DNA of 64,000 nt from Geopsychrobacteraceae bacterium (GCA_963662315.1 OY759353.1:3296001-3360000), one strand, 5' to 3'. Counted from the stretch's first letter, positions 19,311 through 28,843 are shown. The notes: a model not told the origin generated them from the sequence alone. A program made the numbers and translations.

Positions 19311-20095
19311 GCTTTTATCAGCAGATGATGGGGACAATTGCGGCCGAAGCTGATGCGCAAATTTGTATCGAGGATATTCGAATCTTTTCCAACTGGGTGC
19401 TGGTCAAGGCCGGACGCTGGTCCATTTCGACCTACTTTCACGACATGCTCGGTTTTGACTCGCCTCTCGGCATGGATACCTGGATGGGGGACTGGCTTGG
19501 CCGGCCAGCCAAAGAGGCGGCTCTGACGCTGCTGGAGAGTCGGGTCACGCTCAAACGCAGCGTCGGCATGGCCTGTCTTAAGGCGCTGCTCCCCGATCCT
19601 CCATGTCCCTACGAAGGAAACTCCATGGATTTGGTTGAAACAACCGCCCAAAGGGTGCCAACCTGCTTCATTGGGTATTTCAAAAATGCCGCGCAGTGGC
19701 GTGAGCAGGGCTGGCCGGTCAACATTGTCGAGTTATTACCGCGCCCTGGTGACATCCATTGGGATCATGCCGATGAGGTGCTGGCGGAGGCCGAGTTGGT
19801 TCTGATCACCGGGTTGACTCTGGTCAATGAGACTATAGAAGCAGTGCTGGCCCGCACTCCGGCGGCCAAGGTCAGAATTCTGATGGGGCCTACCGTGCCA
19901 GCCAGTCCGGCACTGCTCGATTACGGTTTCGATCTGTTGGGAATCTCACAGGTTGCTGATGTGGATAAAATGTCCGCCTACGCACAGCTTGGCGGCGGCA
20001 GTATTGCCTATGCTCCGGATGGGGCACTGAAAAGTTTGAATCTGACCAGAGATCTGCCAGCCTTGCAACAGAAACTGGCAACGTTGGTGCGTTGA
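19307..20095 (+). CDS. DUF364 family protein 3 (divergent)
   Basis: SVGMACLKALL, FIGYF, LITGLTLVNET, LMGPTVP. Confidence 0.7.
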   Translation: MSFYQQMMGTIAAEADAQICIEDIRIFSNWVLVKAGRWSISTYFHDMLGFDSPLGMDTWMGDWLGRPAKEAALTLLESRVTLKRSVGMACLKALLPDPPCPYEGNSMDLVETTAQRVPTCFIGYFKNAAQWREQGWPVNIVELLPRPGDIHWDHADEVLAEAELVLITGLTLVNETIEAVLARTPAAKVRILMGPTVPASPALLDYGFDLLGISQVADVDKMSAYAQLGGGSIAYAPDGALKSLNLTRDLPALQQKLATLVR

Positions 20096-20117
20096 GAACA
20101 CAAGGAGATTTATACAT

Positions 20118-20939
20118 ATGTGGCTGGAACATTTAAGCAAGTGGCGGGCAGCAGGAGTTCCCTGCGCTATTATCACTATTATTGAAGCACAGGGCTCAAC
20201 ACCGCGCAAAACCGGGTCCAAGATGGTTGTCAACAAGAACGGAGAAAGTGCCGGATCGGTCGGCGGCGGGCCGGTTGAACAGCAGAGTATCCGCCTGGCG
20301 CAGCAGGCGATCAACAAAGGCAAATGCCTGACCCAGCGTTTTGTCTCCGTGGCCGATGGCGAAGACTGGCTGGCCGAGAATAAGTCTCTCGGGGCCTGCG
20401 GTGGAACCCTGACGGTTTTTATTGAACCGCTGGTTCCCGAAGCAGAGCTTGTCATCTTTGGTGGCGGCCACATCGGCCAGTGCCTGGCCCAGTTGTGTCA
20501 TGCCATCGCCATGCCCTACCGGGTTTACGATGATCGCCAGGAGATTCTAGTTGCGGAGAACTTTCCCGGCGCCCGAGAGCTGATCTGTGCTTCATTTGCA
20601 GAGATTGGTGAGCATATCGAACTGTCGGCGTTGAGCTATTGCGTGATCATGACCTATGGCCATGATTTTGATGAGGTGGTTCTGGAACAGTTACTCCCCT
20701 TAAGCGAGCTGCCCTATCTCGGTATGGTCGGTAGCCCGACCAAGGCCGAGGTGCTGATCCGCAATATAGAGGGGCGTGGCGGCAAGATCGACGACCGGCT
20801 CTACTGCCCCATTGGGCTTAAGATCGGCCGCAATCAGCCGCAGGAGATCGCGCTGGCAATTCTGGCGGAAATTATTTTGCTGTGCCGGGGCGGCGAACTG
20901 GTCCATCTGCGCCGAGATTGGCTTCAATCTGCTCTTTAA
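20118..20939 (+). CDS. XdhC/CoxI family Moco maturation factor
   Basis: GSTPRKTGSKM, GSVGGG, CGG, IFGGGHIG, YLGMVGS, PIGLKIG...PQEIALAILAE. Confidence 0.9.
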   Translation: MWLEHLSKWRAAGVPCAIITIIEAQGSTPRKTGSKMVVNKNGESAGSVGGGPVEQQSIRLAQQAINKGKCLTQRFVSVADGEDWLAENKSLGACGGTLTVFIEPLVPEAELVIFGGGHIGQCLAQLCHAIAMPYRVYDDRQEILVAENFPGARELICASFAEIGEHIELSALSYCVIMTYGHDFDEVVLEQLLPLSELPYLGMVGSPTKAEVLIRNIEGRGGKIDDRLYCPIGLKIGRNQPQEIALAILAEIILLCRGGELVHLRRDWLQSAL

Positions 20940-21020
20940 TAATGAATCTGATGAGCGAACAGCAACAGATCATTAAATCATTGTTGACAGAAAAGGCAGG
21001 TTTGCTCCTGAAGACTGGAA

Positions 21021-21698
21021 ATGCTGAAGAATAATCACAATCTGGTCAGTGCTTATGGCTTTGCTACGGCTGACCAGAGAAAGCAACACGACCGCAGCAG
21101 TTACGATACCCTGGCACGTGGCATTAATGCGCCCATGTATCGTTATTATGCGGCCCGGATCAGAGAGAAGACGGGTATAACCGCGGGGCGCTGTGTCGAT
21201 GTCGGCTCCCATGGTGGCTACCTTGGCCTCGAACTGGCCAGAATTACCGAGTTGTACATGACGTTTCTCGATATCTCGGCACCGGCACTGGCCACCGCGC
21301 GCAAAAACATTGCCGATGATGGTTTGGCGGGGCGGGCTGATACCCTTGAGGCTGATGTGCACCGGATCCCCCTTGCCGAGAATTCGGTTGAGCTGGTGAT
21401 CAGTCGTGGCTCAATCCCGTTTTGGGACAATATCCCAATGGCTCTGCAGGAGATTCACCGCATTCTGGCCCCTGGCGGCCAGGCCTATGTCGGGGTCGGC
21501 AGGGGAACTCCAGAGGTTAAAGCGCAGATAGCGGCATTGGCTAAAAACCAGCGGGGTGCCGACGCTAACCGCTGTTTCCGGGGGCCGGCGAAAAAGCGCA
21601 CGCTAAAAAAGTTCATTGAGATTCTGAAAGATGCGGGGCTGCGGAGATTTCAGCTGGAGCAGGGCGAGGCCGGGCGCTGGATCCACCTCTGGAAGTAG
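21021..21698 (+). CDS. Class I SAM-dependent methyltransferase 3
   Basis: VDVGSHGG and ELVISRGSIPFW; paralog of methyltransferases 1 and 2. Confidence 0.85.
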   Translation: MLKNNHNLVSAYGFATADQRKQHDRSSYDTLARGINAPMYRYYAARIREKTGITAGRCVDVGSHGGYLGLELARITELYMTFLDISAPALATARKNIADDGLAGRADTLEADVHRIPLAENSVELVISRGSIPFWDNIPMALQEIHRILAPGGQAYVGVGRGTPEVKAQIAALAKNQRGADANRCFRGPAKKRTLKKFIEILKDAGLRRFQLEQGEAGRWIHLWK

Positions 21699-21753
21699 GT
21701 CCGAAAATTGTTTCCTGAAGGGATTCAAGACATTTTTTTAAGGAGTGATAAAC

Positions 21754-22773
21754 ATGCCTGATACTCAGACAAATCAGCATCCGGTCGTTACCAGAGAGAT
21801 TATCGACATGGCCGGGCGTACGGTCGTCGTGCCGACCAGGATTAACTGTTTTCTCGGCGCTGCGCCTTATACCAAGGTGTTGGGCTATATGGTGGCCCCG
21901 GAATTGTTGATCGATGGACCAGTCCCCGGGCCTGCCGCTGAGCAACGCTATATCCGACCCGAATCGGGTAAAATCAGGGTGCCAAAGGGGTCGAGGAAAG
22001 GCCTCGGCATAGCTGCAGAGACAAGGCAACGGCGCGGACCTGATCTGGCTGCGATCATGAGTCTTGAACCGGCCTTTGCACTATTGAAAGGGAATGCCCG
22101 GACTGATCGCAGCAAGGCGTCAAAATACGAGGAAGTCGGACTGCCGGTTATCTATGTCGATCTGGATGAAATTGATAATTATCCGGCGGCGATTGAGTTT
22201 CTAGGCCAGCTGGTCGGCTATGAGGAACGTGCAAACGCTATGGCCGCGCGTGGCCGGCAGATTCTGGCCGCCGTCGACGCTGCCGTCGGCTCGCTTCCCG
22301 AGAGCAGGAAAGCGCGCGTCTATTATGCGGAGTCGGATGACGGCCTGGTCACCGAGTATGATCTGTCCCTGCATGCCGATGCCATTGTCCGGGCCGGGGC
22401 AAAGCTGGTTCATGAAGGGCTGCAAACCACTCATATGGGACTGGAGCAACTGACTTTTGACCAGGTCAGAGCCTATAACCCTGACTTCATTCTGACACAG
22501 AGCGCCACATTTGCGGCTATGGCCTACGCCGACCCTGGCTGGCAGCAGATCAGGGCTGTGGCGGAGGGCAAGATTCTGGTCGCTCCCCAGACCCCGTATG
22601 CCTGGTTCGATCGTCCACCGGCAGCGACCCGGTTGATCGGTATCTCGTGGCTGGCTGCGCGCCTCTATCCCGATCTTTATCCCATTGATCTGAAACAGGA
22701 ACTGCGCGAGCTGCATAAACTATTTCTCGGCATTGACGTCGCTGATGCCGATCTTGACGAGTGGTTACGTTAA
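21754..22773 (+). CDS. Class III solute-binding protein 2, no signal peptide
   Basis: IDMAGRTV, RVYYAE, WFDRPP; the N-terminus MPDTQTNQHP is hydrophilic; RBS AAGGAG. Confidence 0.8.
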   Translation: MPDTQTNQHPVVTREIIDMAGRTVVVPTRINCFLGAAPYTKVLGYMVAPELLIDGPVPGPAAEQRYIRPESGKIRVPKGSRKGLGIAAETRQRRGPDLAAIMSLEPAFALLKGNARTDRSKASKYEEVGLPVIYVDLDEIDNYPAAIEFLGQLVGYEERANAMAARGRQILAAVDAAVGSLPESRKARVYYAESDDGLVTEYDLSLHADAIVRAGAKLVHEGLQTTHMGLEQLTFDQVRAYNPDFILTQSATFAAMAYADPGWQQIRAVAEGKILVAPQTPYAWFDRPPAATRLIGISWLAARLYPDLYPIDLKQELRELHKLFLGIDVADADLDEWLR

Positions 22774-22842
22774 CCGTTGGTAGCCCGTCCGACTCGTGAG
22801 TTGAAATAACCAGGGCTGCTACTATTTAAAGGGAGCAGGACG

Positions 22843-23271
22843 ATGGGTGAGATAATCTTACCGAACAATACACCGGATGACCGTTACACCATCCAGGGCG
22901 ATGTGGCTTTTGACACGCTTACCGGTTTGACCTGGGAGCGTTTTGCCATGGGACGCAGTGCAGATAATTGGCTCAGCGCACAAGCGCTACTGATGGACTG
23001 GGACATGGCCATGCAGCAGGGGGGGGATGGCTGGCGGCTGCCAAGCCTAGACGAGTTGCAAACCCTGGTGTCAAGCAGTGGGCAGAACCCGGCCATCAAC
23101 CGGCATATCTTTCCTGATGTCGGTGTCAATGGACCCTGGTGGTACTGGTCCAGCACTCCGTACCTGAAGGATGCTGCCGGGGCCTGGGCAGTGCACTTCG
23201 GCACTGGTGGCAGTGGTTATGTTTTTCCCCACAAAAAGGGGATGGTGCGCCTGGTACGGAAGGACGCGTGA
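22843..23271 (+). CDS. DUF1566 (Lcl C-terminal-like) domain protein
   Basis: DTLTGLTWE, WRLPSLDEL, YWSST, AWAVHF, VRLVR. Confidence 0.85.
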   Translation: MGEIILPNNTPDDRYTIQGDVAFDTLTGLTWERFAMGRSADNWLSAQALLMDWDMAMQQGGDGWRLPSLDELQTLVSSSGQNPAINRHIFPDVGVNGPWWYWSSTPYLKDAAGAWAVHFGTGGSGYVFPHKKGMVRLVRKDA

Positions 23272-23341
23272 TTATTTTTTGCGGGGCTTTGTCCCCGGTG
23301 ATTTTCAGCTAAATGACGGGAGTATTTTTAGAGGTATGCAT

Positions 23342-24145
23342 ATGTCAAAGACAGTATGGGCGGAAGAGTGGACGCGTGCGCAGCAGCAGAATCCTGAACG
23401 TAATACCCCGGAGTTCTGGGACCGGCGGGCACCGGAATTCTGTCGTCGGCAGCGTGATAAAAATGACTATGAAAGCGATTTCTTGCAGCTGATGCGGCTC
23501 AAACCAGAATGGAGTGTCCTCGATGTTGGCTGCGGCAGCGGAACACTGGCGATTCCGCTGGCGCAACAGGTGAAAGCGGTCACCGCGTTGGATTTTTCCA
23601 GTGAAATGTTGAAAATGGTAGCCCAGCGCTGTTGTGACCTTGGCCTAACCAATATTCGCCCCGTGCATGGTCGCTGGGAGGATGACTGGACTCAGCTGGG
23701 AATTGCCACCCACGATGTTGCCATCTCTTCGCGATCCCTGTCCGTCAGTGATTTGCGTAGTGCCCTGATAAAGCTGGATCAGGCTGCTCGCCAGCAGGTG
23801 TATTTGTCTGCTGTGGTTGGCGATGGTCCTTTTGATCGGCGTATTTATACTGTGTTGCAGCGGCCTCTGCAACATGGGCCTGATTATCTCCATATTTACC
23901 ATACCCTCCATGAGCTTGGTATTTACGCCAATATTTCGTTTATCGTCAATCAGGTCTGGAAAAGCTATGAAAGTGTCGCCGAAGCCGTTGAGTCAACGCG
24001 CTGGATGGTGCCCGATCTGACCGCCGCAGAACAGACCCGCTTGGAGGATTTCTTTGCCCGTGAACTTGAACCCTGGCAGGGGAAATGGCGTCTGCCGCAG
24101 CCAAGAACGATTCGCTGGGCGGTTATTTATTGGGATAAGCAGTAA
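23342..24145 (+). CDS. Class I SAM-dependent methyltransferase 4 (different subfamily)
   Basis: FWDRRAPEF, VLDVGCGSGTL, DVAISSRS; ATG at 23342 after AGAGG. Confidence 0.85.
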   Translation: MSKTVWAEEWTRAQQQNPERNTPEFWDRRAPEFCRRQRDKNDYESDFLQLMRLKPEWSVLDVGCGSGTLAIPLAQQVKAVTALDFSSEMLKMVAQRCCDLGLTNIRPVHGRWEDDWTQLGIATHDVAISSRSLSVSDLRSALIKLDQAARQQVYLSAVVGDGPFDRRIYTVLQRPLQHGPDYLHIYHTLHELGIYANISFIVNQVWKSYESVAEAVESTRWMVPDLTAAEQTRLEDFFARELEPWQGKWRLPQPRTIRWAVIYWDKQ

Positions 24146-24147
24146 CG

Positions 24148-24198
24148 AGCAAAGGGCAGTTCACCAAGAGTGCAAACTGCCCTTTGCTATTTTGTTTT
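24148..24198. terminator. Terminator between convergent operons
   Basis: AGCAAAGGGCAGTT (24148-24161) pairs with AACTGCCCTTTGCT (24175-24188); T-rich tail on +. Confidence 0.8.
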
Positions 24199-24232
24199 CA
24201 GGTCGGGTGCGGAAAATACCCGATGAAAGCAG

Positions 24233-24442
24233 TTAGTCAGCAGCAACCATAACCGCTGACGCCTTGATAACGGCATATGCTTCGCTGCCGACTTTCAGCC
24301 CCAGCGCTTCTGCAGATTTTTTGGTGACTATTGAAGTAATTTCACAACCCGGAGCAATTTCAATGATGACCTCGTCATTGACGGCACCGACTTCAATCGC
24401 TTTGACAATCCCTTTAAGAACATTGCGTGCACTCAGTTTCAT
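24233..24442 (-). CDS. mop: Molbindin / Mop (single TOBE domain molybdate-binding protein)
   Basis: MKLSARNVLKG...AYAVIKASAVMV, 69 aa. Confidence 0.9.
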   Translation of the reverse strand: MKLSARNVLKGIVKAIEVGAVNDEVIIEIAPGCEITSIVTKKSAEALGLKVGSEAYAVIKASAVMVAAD

Positions 24443-24534
24443 TGTTTTTTTCCTTTTTACTGGGAGTATCTTCTTCCTATCTTCCCTATGAAGATAGGAA
24501 ATTAAAAGATTATCTGTTCAAATAATTCATATTT

Positions 24535-26559
24535 TCAAAAACGAATGTTCAATCCTGCCAGGACAGTGCGTCCGGCGGTCAGTTCCCCCGCTTCGACATA
24601 ATATTTATCGGTCAGGTTATGGCCTGTGACATAGAGGCGTCCGCTGACGGTGTCAGAGGTGAAAATTTCCTGTTCGATTCTGGCATTAAGCAGCAGGTAA
24701 TTTTTTGCTTTAACCCGTTCATAGGTGTTGTTGTCTTCATAATACTGATGAGCGACATAAGACGTTTGTACACTGGTGCTCAACCCAAAGGGGAAACGGT
24801 AGCGGACATCAAGATTGGCGCGATGGCGCGGGCGGTTAAACAGCTCCTTGCCGGTACTTTCGTCTTCGGTTTTCAGGTAGGTATAGTTCAGGCCGGTGGA
24901 TAGGTCGCGGGTGATATGATAATCGGCACTGAGCTCAACCCCTTGAATGGTTGCTTCGTCAACATTGACATAGACCTTGGTGCTGCTGGCACTGTCGGTA
25001 ATAGTATCGATCAGGTCGCTGACATCATTGTAGAAATAGGCGCCACTGATGACGAGATCGTTATTGACATGGTGCTCAACCCCGATCTCGTAGGCGATGG
25101 TCTGTTGAGGATCAAGCTCATAGTTGCCTGCAATCCAGGAGGCTCTGGTATAAAGTTCTTTCAGGTGGGGAAAGCGGGTTTTTTTGCCGATGGAGGCATG
25201 CACCGAGGTACGAGGAGTGAGGCTGTATACCAGGCCAATTTGGGGATTCAGGGCATCGACCCGGTCCGTGGTAAAGCCGCCGCCGGCGTCTGCAGCGTGC
25301 TTCACTTCGGGATCAAATACGTCATAACTGGTGCCGACAACGACTGAAAGCCGGTCGCTGATACTGATTTCATCTTCCAGGGCCACAGAATAGGTGGTGG
25401 CCTGGTAGTGCGCTTCATCGGTCCAACCTGTGTCCAAAAGGTCCTTGCTTTTGTGGTCGTCAAGGGCGTAGTTAAAACCGATTTTAAGCAGGTTGTGTTC
25501 ACCGACATTGATAAAGGCCTGGGTTTCGGCACCCACGGTGTAGTTATCGTAGGTCGATTTGTAAAATTGGTGATATCTTCGCCACATCAGGCTGGAATCT
25601 GCGGGCAGGGTCTCTGTCAATTCATCATCAAATTTCATGTAATAGACCCGCCCTTTAAGGCGCAGCCAGTCAGTAGCTTGGGTCTCTCCCACTAATCCCA
25701 GTGTCCACTGTGTCCAGTCCGTAAAGGTCCAGGTCCGTTCCGGAATACCTTTTTCATTATTGTGATAATCAAGGGTCAAAAAGACCTTGCTGTCATCACT
25801 GGGTTCCCAGCCGAGCTTGGCATTGATGGCATGGCGCTCATAACCACTGTCATCACGGCTGCCGCCATCTTCACGCAGGTTGTTGCCATTAACGCTATGA
25901 GTCCCGTTGAAAATGGCATCTTTGTCAAAATCGTCCGACAGGTTATAGGCATCAGATTCGCTGAAATTGTAGCTCAGCCAATAGCTGAAATTGCCGCGTT
26001 TGACACCTGTGTTCAGGGTGTAATTCTGGGTACCATAATCGCCCCATTCTGCATTCAGTTCTAGGGTTGGCTTGGTCGTGGCGGTTTTGGTAATGATGTT
26101 GATAACTCCGCCCATGGTATTGGCACCATAGAGAACCGAGGACGCTCCTTTGGTCACGGTAATTTTGGCTATGGACGCAACCGGAATCTGGGCCAGGTCA
26201 AGATCGCGAAAGTACTGTTCGTAAACCGGAATGCCATCAATCATCACTTTCAGATCGCCCTGGTCAAAGCCGCGCACCTTGACATATGACTGCCCTTTGC
26301 CACCGGTGACCACATCGACACCGGGAAGCATCTCCAGGGCTTCGGCAACGGTGCTGGCTCCACGTTGAGTAATATCCTCGGCATCAATCTCTGTAACAGT
26401 TGTTGCCAGATCGACCGTCTGTTGTTCGGCGCTGACGATAACCTCTCCCAATTGAAAGACGTTGCTATCATCAGTCGTAGCAAAGGCGCTAATCGGTGCT
26501 AGCTGCACGGCTGTTACCAACAGCCCTGCGCAGATGAATTTTTCAAGTCCGTGTTTCAT
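24535..26559 (-). CDS. TonB-dependent receptor 2
   Basis: Signal peptide; LGEVIVSA TonB box; VRGF...IDG...KGASSVLYGANTMGGVINIITK; C-terminal GLNIRF. Confidence 0.92.
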   Translation of the reverse strand: MKHGLEKFICAGLLVTAVQLAPISAFATTDDSNVFQLGEVIVSAEQQTVDLATTVTEIDAEDITQRGASTVAEALEMLPGVDVVTGGKGQSYVKVRGFDQGDLKVMIDGIPVYEQYFRDLDLAQIPVASIAKITVTKGASSVLYGANTMGGVINIITKTATTKPTLELNAEWGDYGTQNYTLNTGVKRGNFSYWLSYNFSESDAYNLSDDFDKDAIFNGTHSVNGNNLREDGGSRDDSGYERHAINAKLGWEPSDDSKVFLTLDYHNNEKGIPERTWTFTDWTQWTLGLVGETQATDWLRLKGRVYYMKFDDELTETLPADSSLMWRRYHQFYKSTYDNYTVGAETQAFINVGEHNLLKIGFNYALDDHKSKDLLDTGWTDEAHYQATTYSVALEDEISISDRLSVVVGTSYDVFDPEVKHAADAGGGFTTDRVDALNPQIGLVYSLTPRTSVHASIGKKTRFPHLKELYTRASWIAGNYELDPQQTIAYEIGVEHHVNNDLVISGAYFYNDVSDLIDTITDSASSTKVYVNVDEATIQGVELSADYHITRDLSTGLNYTYLKTEDESTGKELFNRPRHRANLDVRYRFPFGLSTSVQTSYVAHQYYEDNNTYERVKAKNYLLLNARIEQEIFTSDTVSGRLYVTGHNLTDKYYVEAGELTAGRTVLAGLNIRF

Positions 26560-26602
26560 CCTGATTAACCTCCTGGTACTGAAAGAAATTAAATGACATT
26601 TT

Positions 26603-26645
26603 CGCTATTCAGGACGGAATAGCAAAAAGAATAGCGAAAGGTCAA
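26603..26645 (-). promoter_or_regulatory. ModE-like tandem operator and -35 for TonB-dependent receptor 2 and mop
   Basis: On the minus strand: TTGACC, then CGCTAT-N6-TGCTAT-N10-ATAGCG (plus-strand half-sites at 26631, 26619, 26603). Confidence 0.7.
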
Positions 26646-26715
26646 GGAATTTCTTTGGTCTTGTGAGGTTTGCAGCTTCTGCACGTAAAATTCAAATTTC
26701 CTAAGTATTTACAGC

Positions 26716-26780
26716 TTGACTCAGGGTTTGTATTTGTTATATCAAACGTTATACTAAAAAGAATAGCGAAAAGAATATCG
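26716..26780 (+). promoter_or_regulatory. Promoter region with a four-half-site ModE-like operator for the SBP3-receptor 3-TonB operon
   Basis: TTGACT at 26716; TGTTAT(26735)-N6-CGTTAT(26747)-N10-ATAGCG(26763)-N6-ATATCG(26775). Confidence 0.75.
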
Positions 26781-26802
26781 ATATTCTGGAATGGATTCTG
26801 TG

Positions 26803-27831
26803 ATGAAAAAGCTGCAATTCTCTGTTGTCTTTCTGGTCCTTTTGGCAAGTTGTTCACCGGCTTATTCACGTGACATCGTCGACATGTTTAACCGCCATCT
26901 GAAGGTTCCGGAGCGGATTGAAAAAATATACGGGACCTCTCCGGTAGCAACCTATCTGGTTTACGCTCTTGATCCCGATTTAATCGCGGGTCTTAATACC
27001 GAACCTTCTGCAGCGGAAAGACCTCTTCTTAAGCAGACGTACCTTGAAAAGCCGGTGCTTGGAGGGTGGTTCGGTCAGGGGAATGTTTCGAATCTTGAGG
27101 TTTTGCTGAGCATTCATCCCGATATCATCGTCAACTGCTCGTTGGGTCCGTCGGCAACCGATGACAAAATTGAAAAAGCGCTGGCACCGTTACAGATACC
27201 CATGGTCTATGTCACGGTTGAAGCGCTGGCCGATTACCCTGCTGCTTTTCGCTTTTTGGGAAAGCTGCTTGACCGCTCCGAACGCGGTGAAGAGTTGGCC
27301 CGCTATAGTGAACGGCTTTTGGCCGAAACGGACGCGGTTCGTGCTCAGCTTGGCGGTTCTGCACCTGTGCGAATCTATTACGCTGAGGGTCCCAAGGGGT
27401 TGCAGTCAGAATGTGCCGGGTCAATGCACACTCAGGTGATTCCGTTGAGTGGGGCGACTAATGTTCATCATTGTACCGACCTGACCAATAAAGGGATGGT
27501 GACGGTGTCGCGTGAACAGGTGCTTGGCTATGCTCCCGATGTCATCATTACCCATGATGCCGAATTCTACGCCGGAGTTGCTCAAGATCCGCGCTGGCTG
27601 TCGTTTGCGGCGGTGCGTAACGGAAGGGTTTACAAAGTTCCTGTGCAACCGTTCAACTGGTTTGACCGTCCTCCGTCCTTCATGCGCCTGTTAGGCCTCA
27701 AATGGCTGCAGAGCACTCTCTATAACCTGCCTGATCACAGTGGTCTGGTTGCTGAGATCCAGAATTTCTACCACACCTTCCTGGCTGTCGATCTGACCCC
27801 GGCTGAGGCAGAACGGTTACTGCTGCCATGA
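26803..27831 (+). CDS. Class III periplasmic binding protein 3
   Basis: Signal peptide; VDMFNR, GGWFGQG, RIYYAEG, FNWFDRPPSFMRLLG. Confidence 0.85.
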   Translation: MKKLQFSVVFLVLLASCSPAYSRDIVDMFNRHLKVPERIEKIYGTSPVATYLVYALDPDLIAGLNTEPSAAERPLLKQTYLEKPVLGGWFGQGNVSNLEVLLSIHPDIIVNCSLGPSATDDKIEKALAPLQIPMVYVTVEALADYPAAFRFLGKLLDRSERGEELARYSERLLAETDAVRAQLGGSAPVRIYYAEGPKGLQSECAGSMHTQVIPLSGATNVHHCTDLTNKGMVTVSREQVLGYAPDVIITHDAEFYAGVAQDPRWLSFAAVRNGRVYKVPVQPFNWFDRPPSFMRLLGLKWLQSTLYNLPDHSGLVAEIQNFYHTFLAVDLTPAEAERLLLP

Positions 27832-28841
27832 AAGGATCAGTCATCATAAGCGGGTTGATTGCAACGCTGATGGCGACCGTGCTGGTATCGCTGACGCTGG
27901 GACGCTATCCGCTGCAAATGGCCGACCTCCAACATTTTGTCATGACCTATCAGCCCGGAACTGAGTTACCGGCTGATTCGCAGCTCTTGATCCTGAAAAA
28001 TATTCTTCTCGATATCCGCCTGCCACGTATTGTTGCGGCCGTACTGATTGGCTCCGCTCTGGCAAGCGCCGGGGTGGTATTTCAGTCATTATTCATCAAT
28101 CCGCTGGTGTCCCCCGGTGTCTTGGGGGTGCTGTCGGGAGCATCGTTTGGGGCTGCTGTCGGCATGATCCTGGGGAAAAGCTGGTTGATGGTCCAACTGG
28201 GGGCTTTTGGCTGCGGGTTGCTGGCGGTGTTGATTGCTCTGGGACTGTCGCTGATTAATCGAGGTGATCGCCTGTTGATGCTGATTCTGGGTGGCATCAT
28301 CAGCGGGGCTATGTTTACCGCCCTGCTGTCGGTGGCTAAATATCTGGCGGATCCTTACGAACAGTTGCCGGCAATTGTCTACTGGTTGATGGGGGGCTTG
28401 TCGGCCACCGATGTCCACACCGTGGTGACCGTCAGTGTCCCGATTATCGGATCTCTGCTGCTATTGCTGATTATGTCCGGTTATCTCAATGTGTTGAGTA
28501 TGGGCGATGAAGAGGCGCGCGCCTTGGGGGTGAATGTGACCCGTTTGCGCTTTGTCTTTATTTTTTTGGCCACGGTCATCAGTGCCCTGACGGTCATTCT
28601 CGGTGGCATCATTGGCTGGGTCGGCCTGCTGATTCCACACATTGCCCGGATGCTCATTGGTCCGGATAATCGTTTACTACTGCCTGCCGCGGCCCTGATC
28701 GGTGCGATCTATCTGGTGGTCGCTGATGATATGGCACGCTTGTTATTCAGTGTGGAAATTCCCATCGGCATTTTAACCTCGTTGATCGGAATTCCCTTTT
28801 TTGCCTGTATTTTGCGTAAAACGCGTAAAGGTTGGAGTTGA
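27828..28841 (+). CDS. FecCD/BtuC-family ABC permease 2
   Basis: IRLPRI, FINPLVSPGVLGV, GDEEARALGV, GIIGWVGLLIPHI. Confidence 0.9.
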   Translation: MKGSVIISGLIATLMATVLVSLTLGRYPLQMADLQHFVMTYQPGTELPADSQLLILKNILLDIRLPRIVAAVLIGSALASAGVVFQSLFINPLVSPGVLGVLSGASFGAAVGMILGKSWLMVQLGAFGCGLLAVLIALGLSLINRGDRLLMLILGGIISGAMFTALLSVAKYLADPYEQLPAIVYWLMGGLSATDVHTVVTVSVPIIGSLLLLLIMSGYLNVLSMGDEEARALGVNVTRLRFVFIFLATVISALTVILGGIIGWVGLLIPHIARMLIGPDNRLLLPAAALIGAIYLVVADDMARLLFSVEIPIGILTSLIGIPFFACILRKTRKGWS

Positions 28842-28843
28842 AG

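Noticed and set aside
24474..24500. 11-bp hairpin between receptor 2 and mop as a terminator
   Set aside because: No U-tract on the coding (minus) strand; it may be an mRNA stability element
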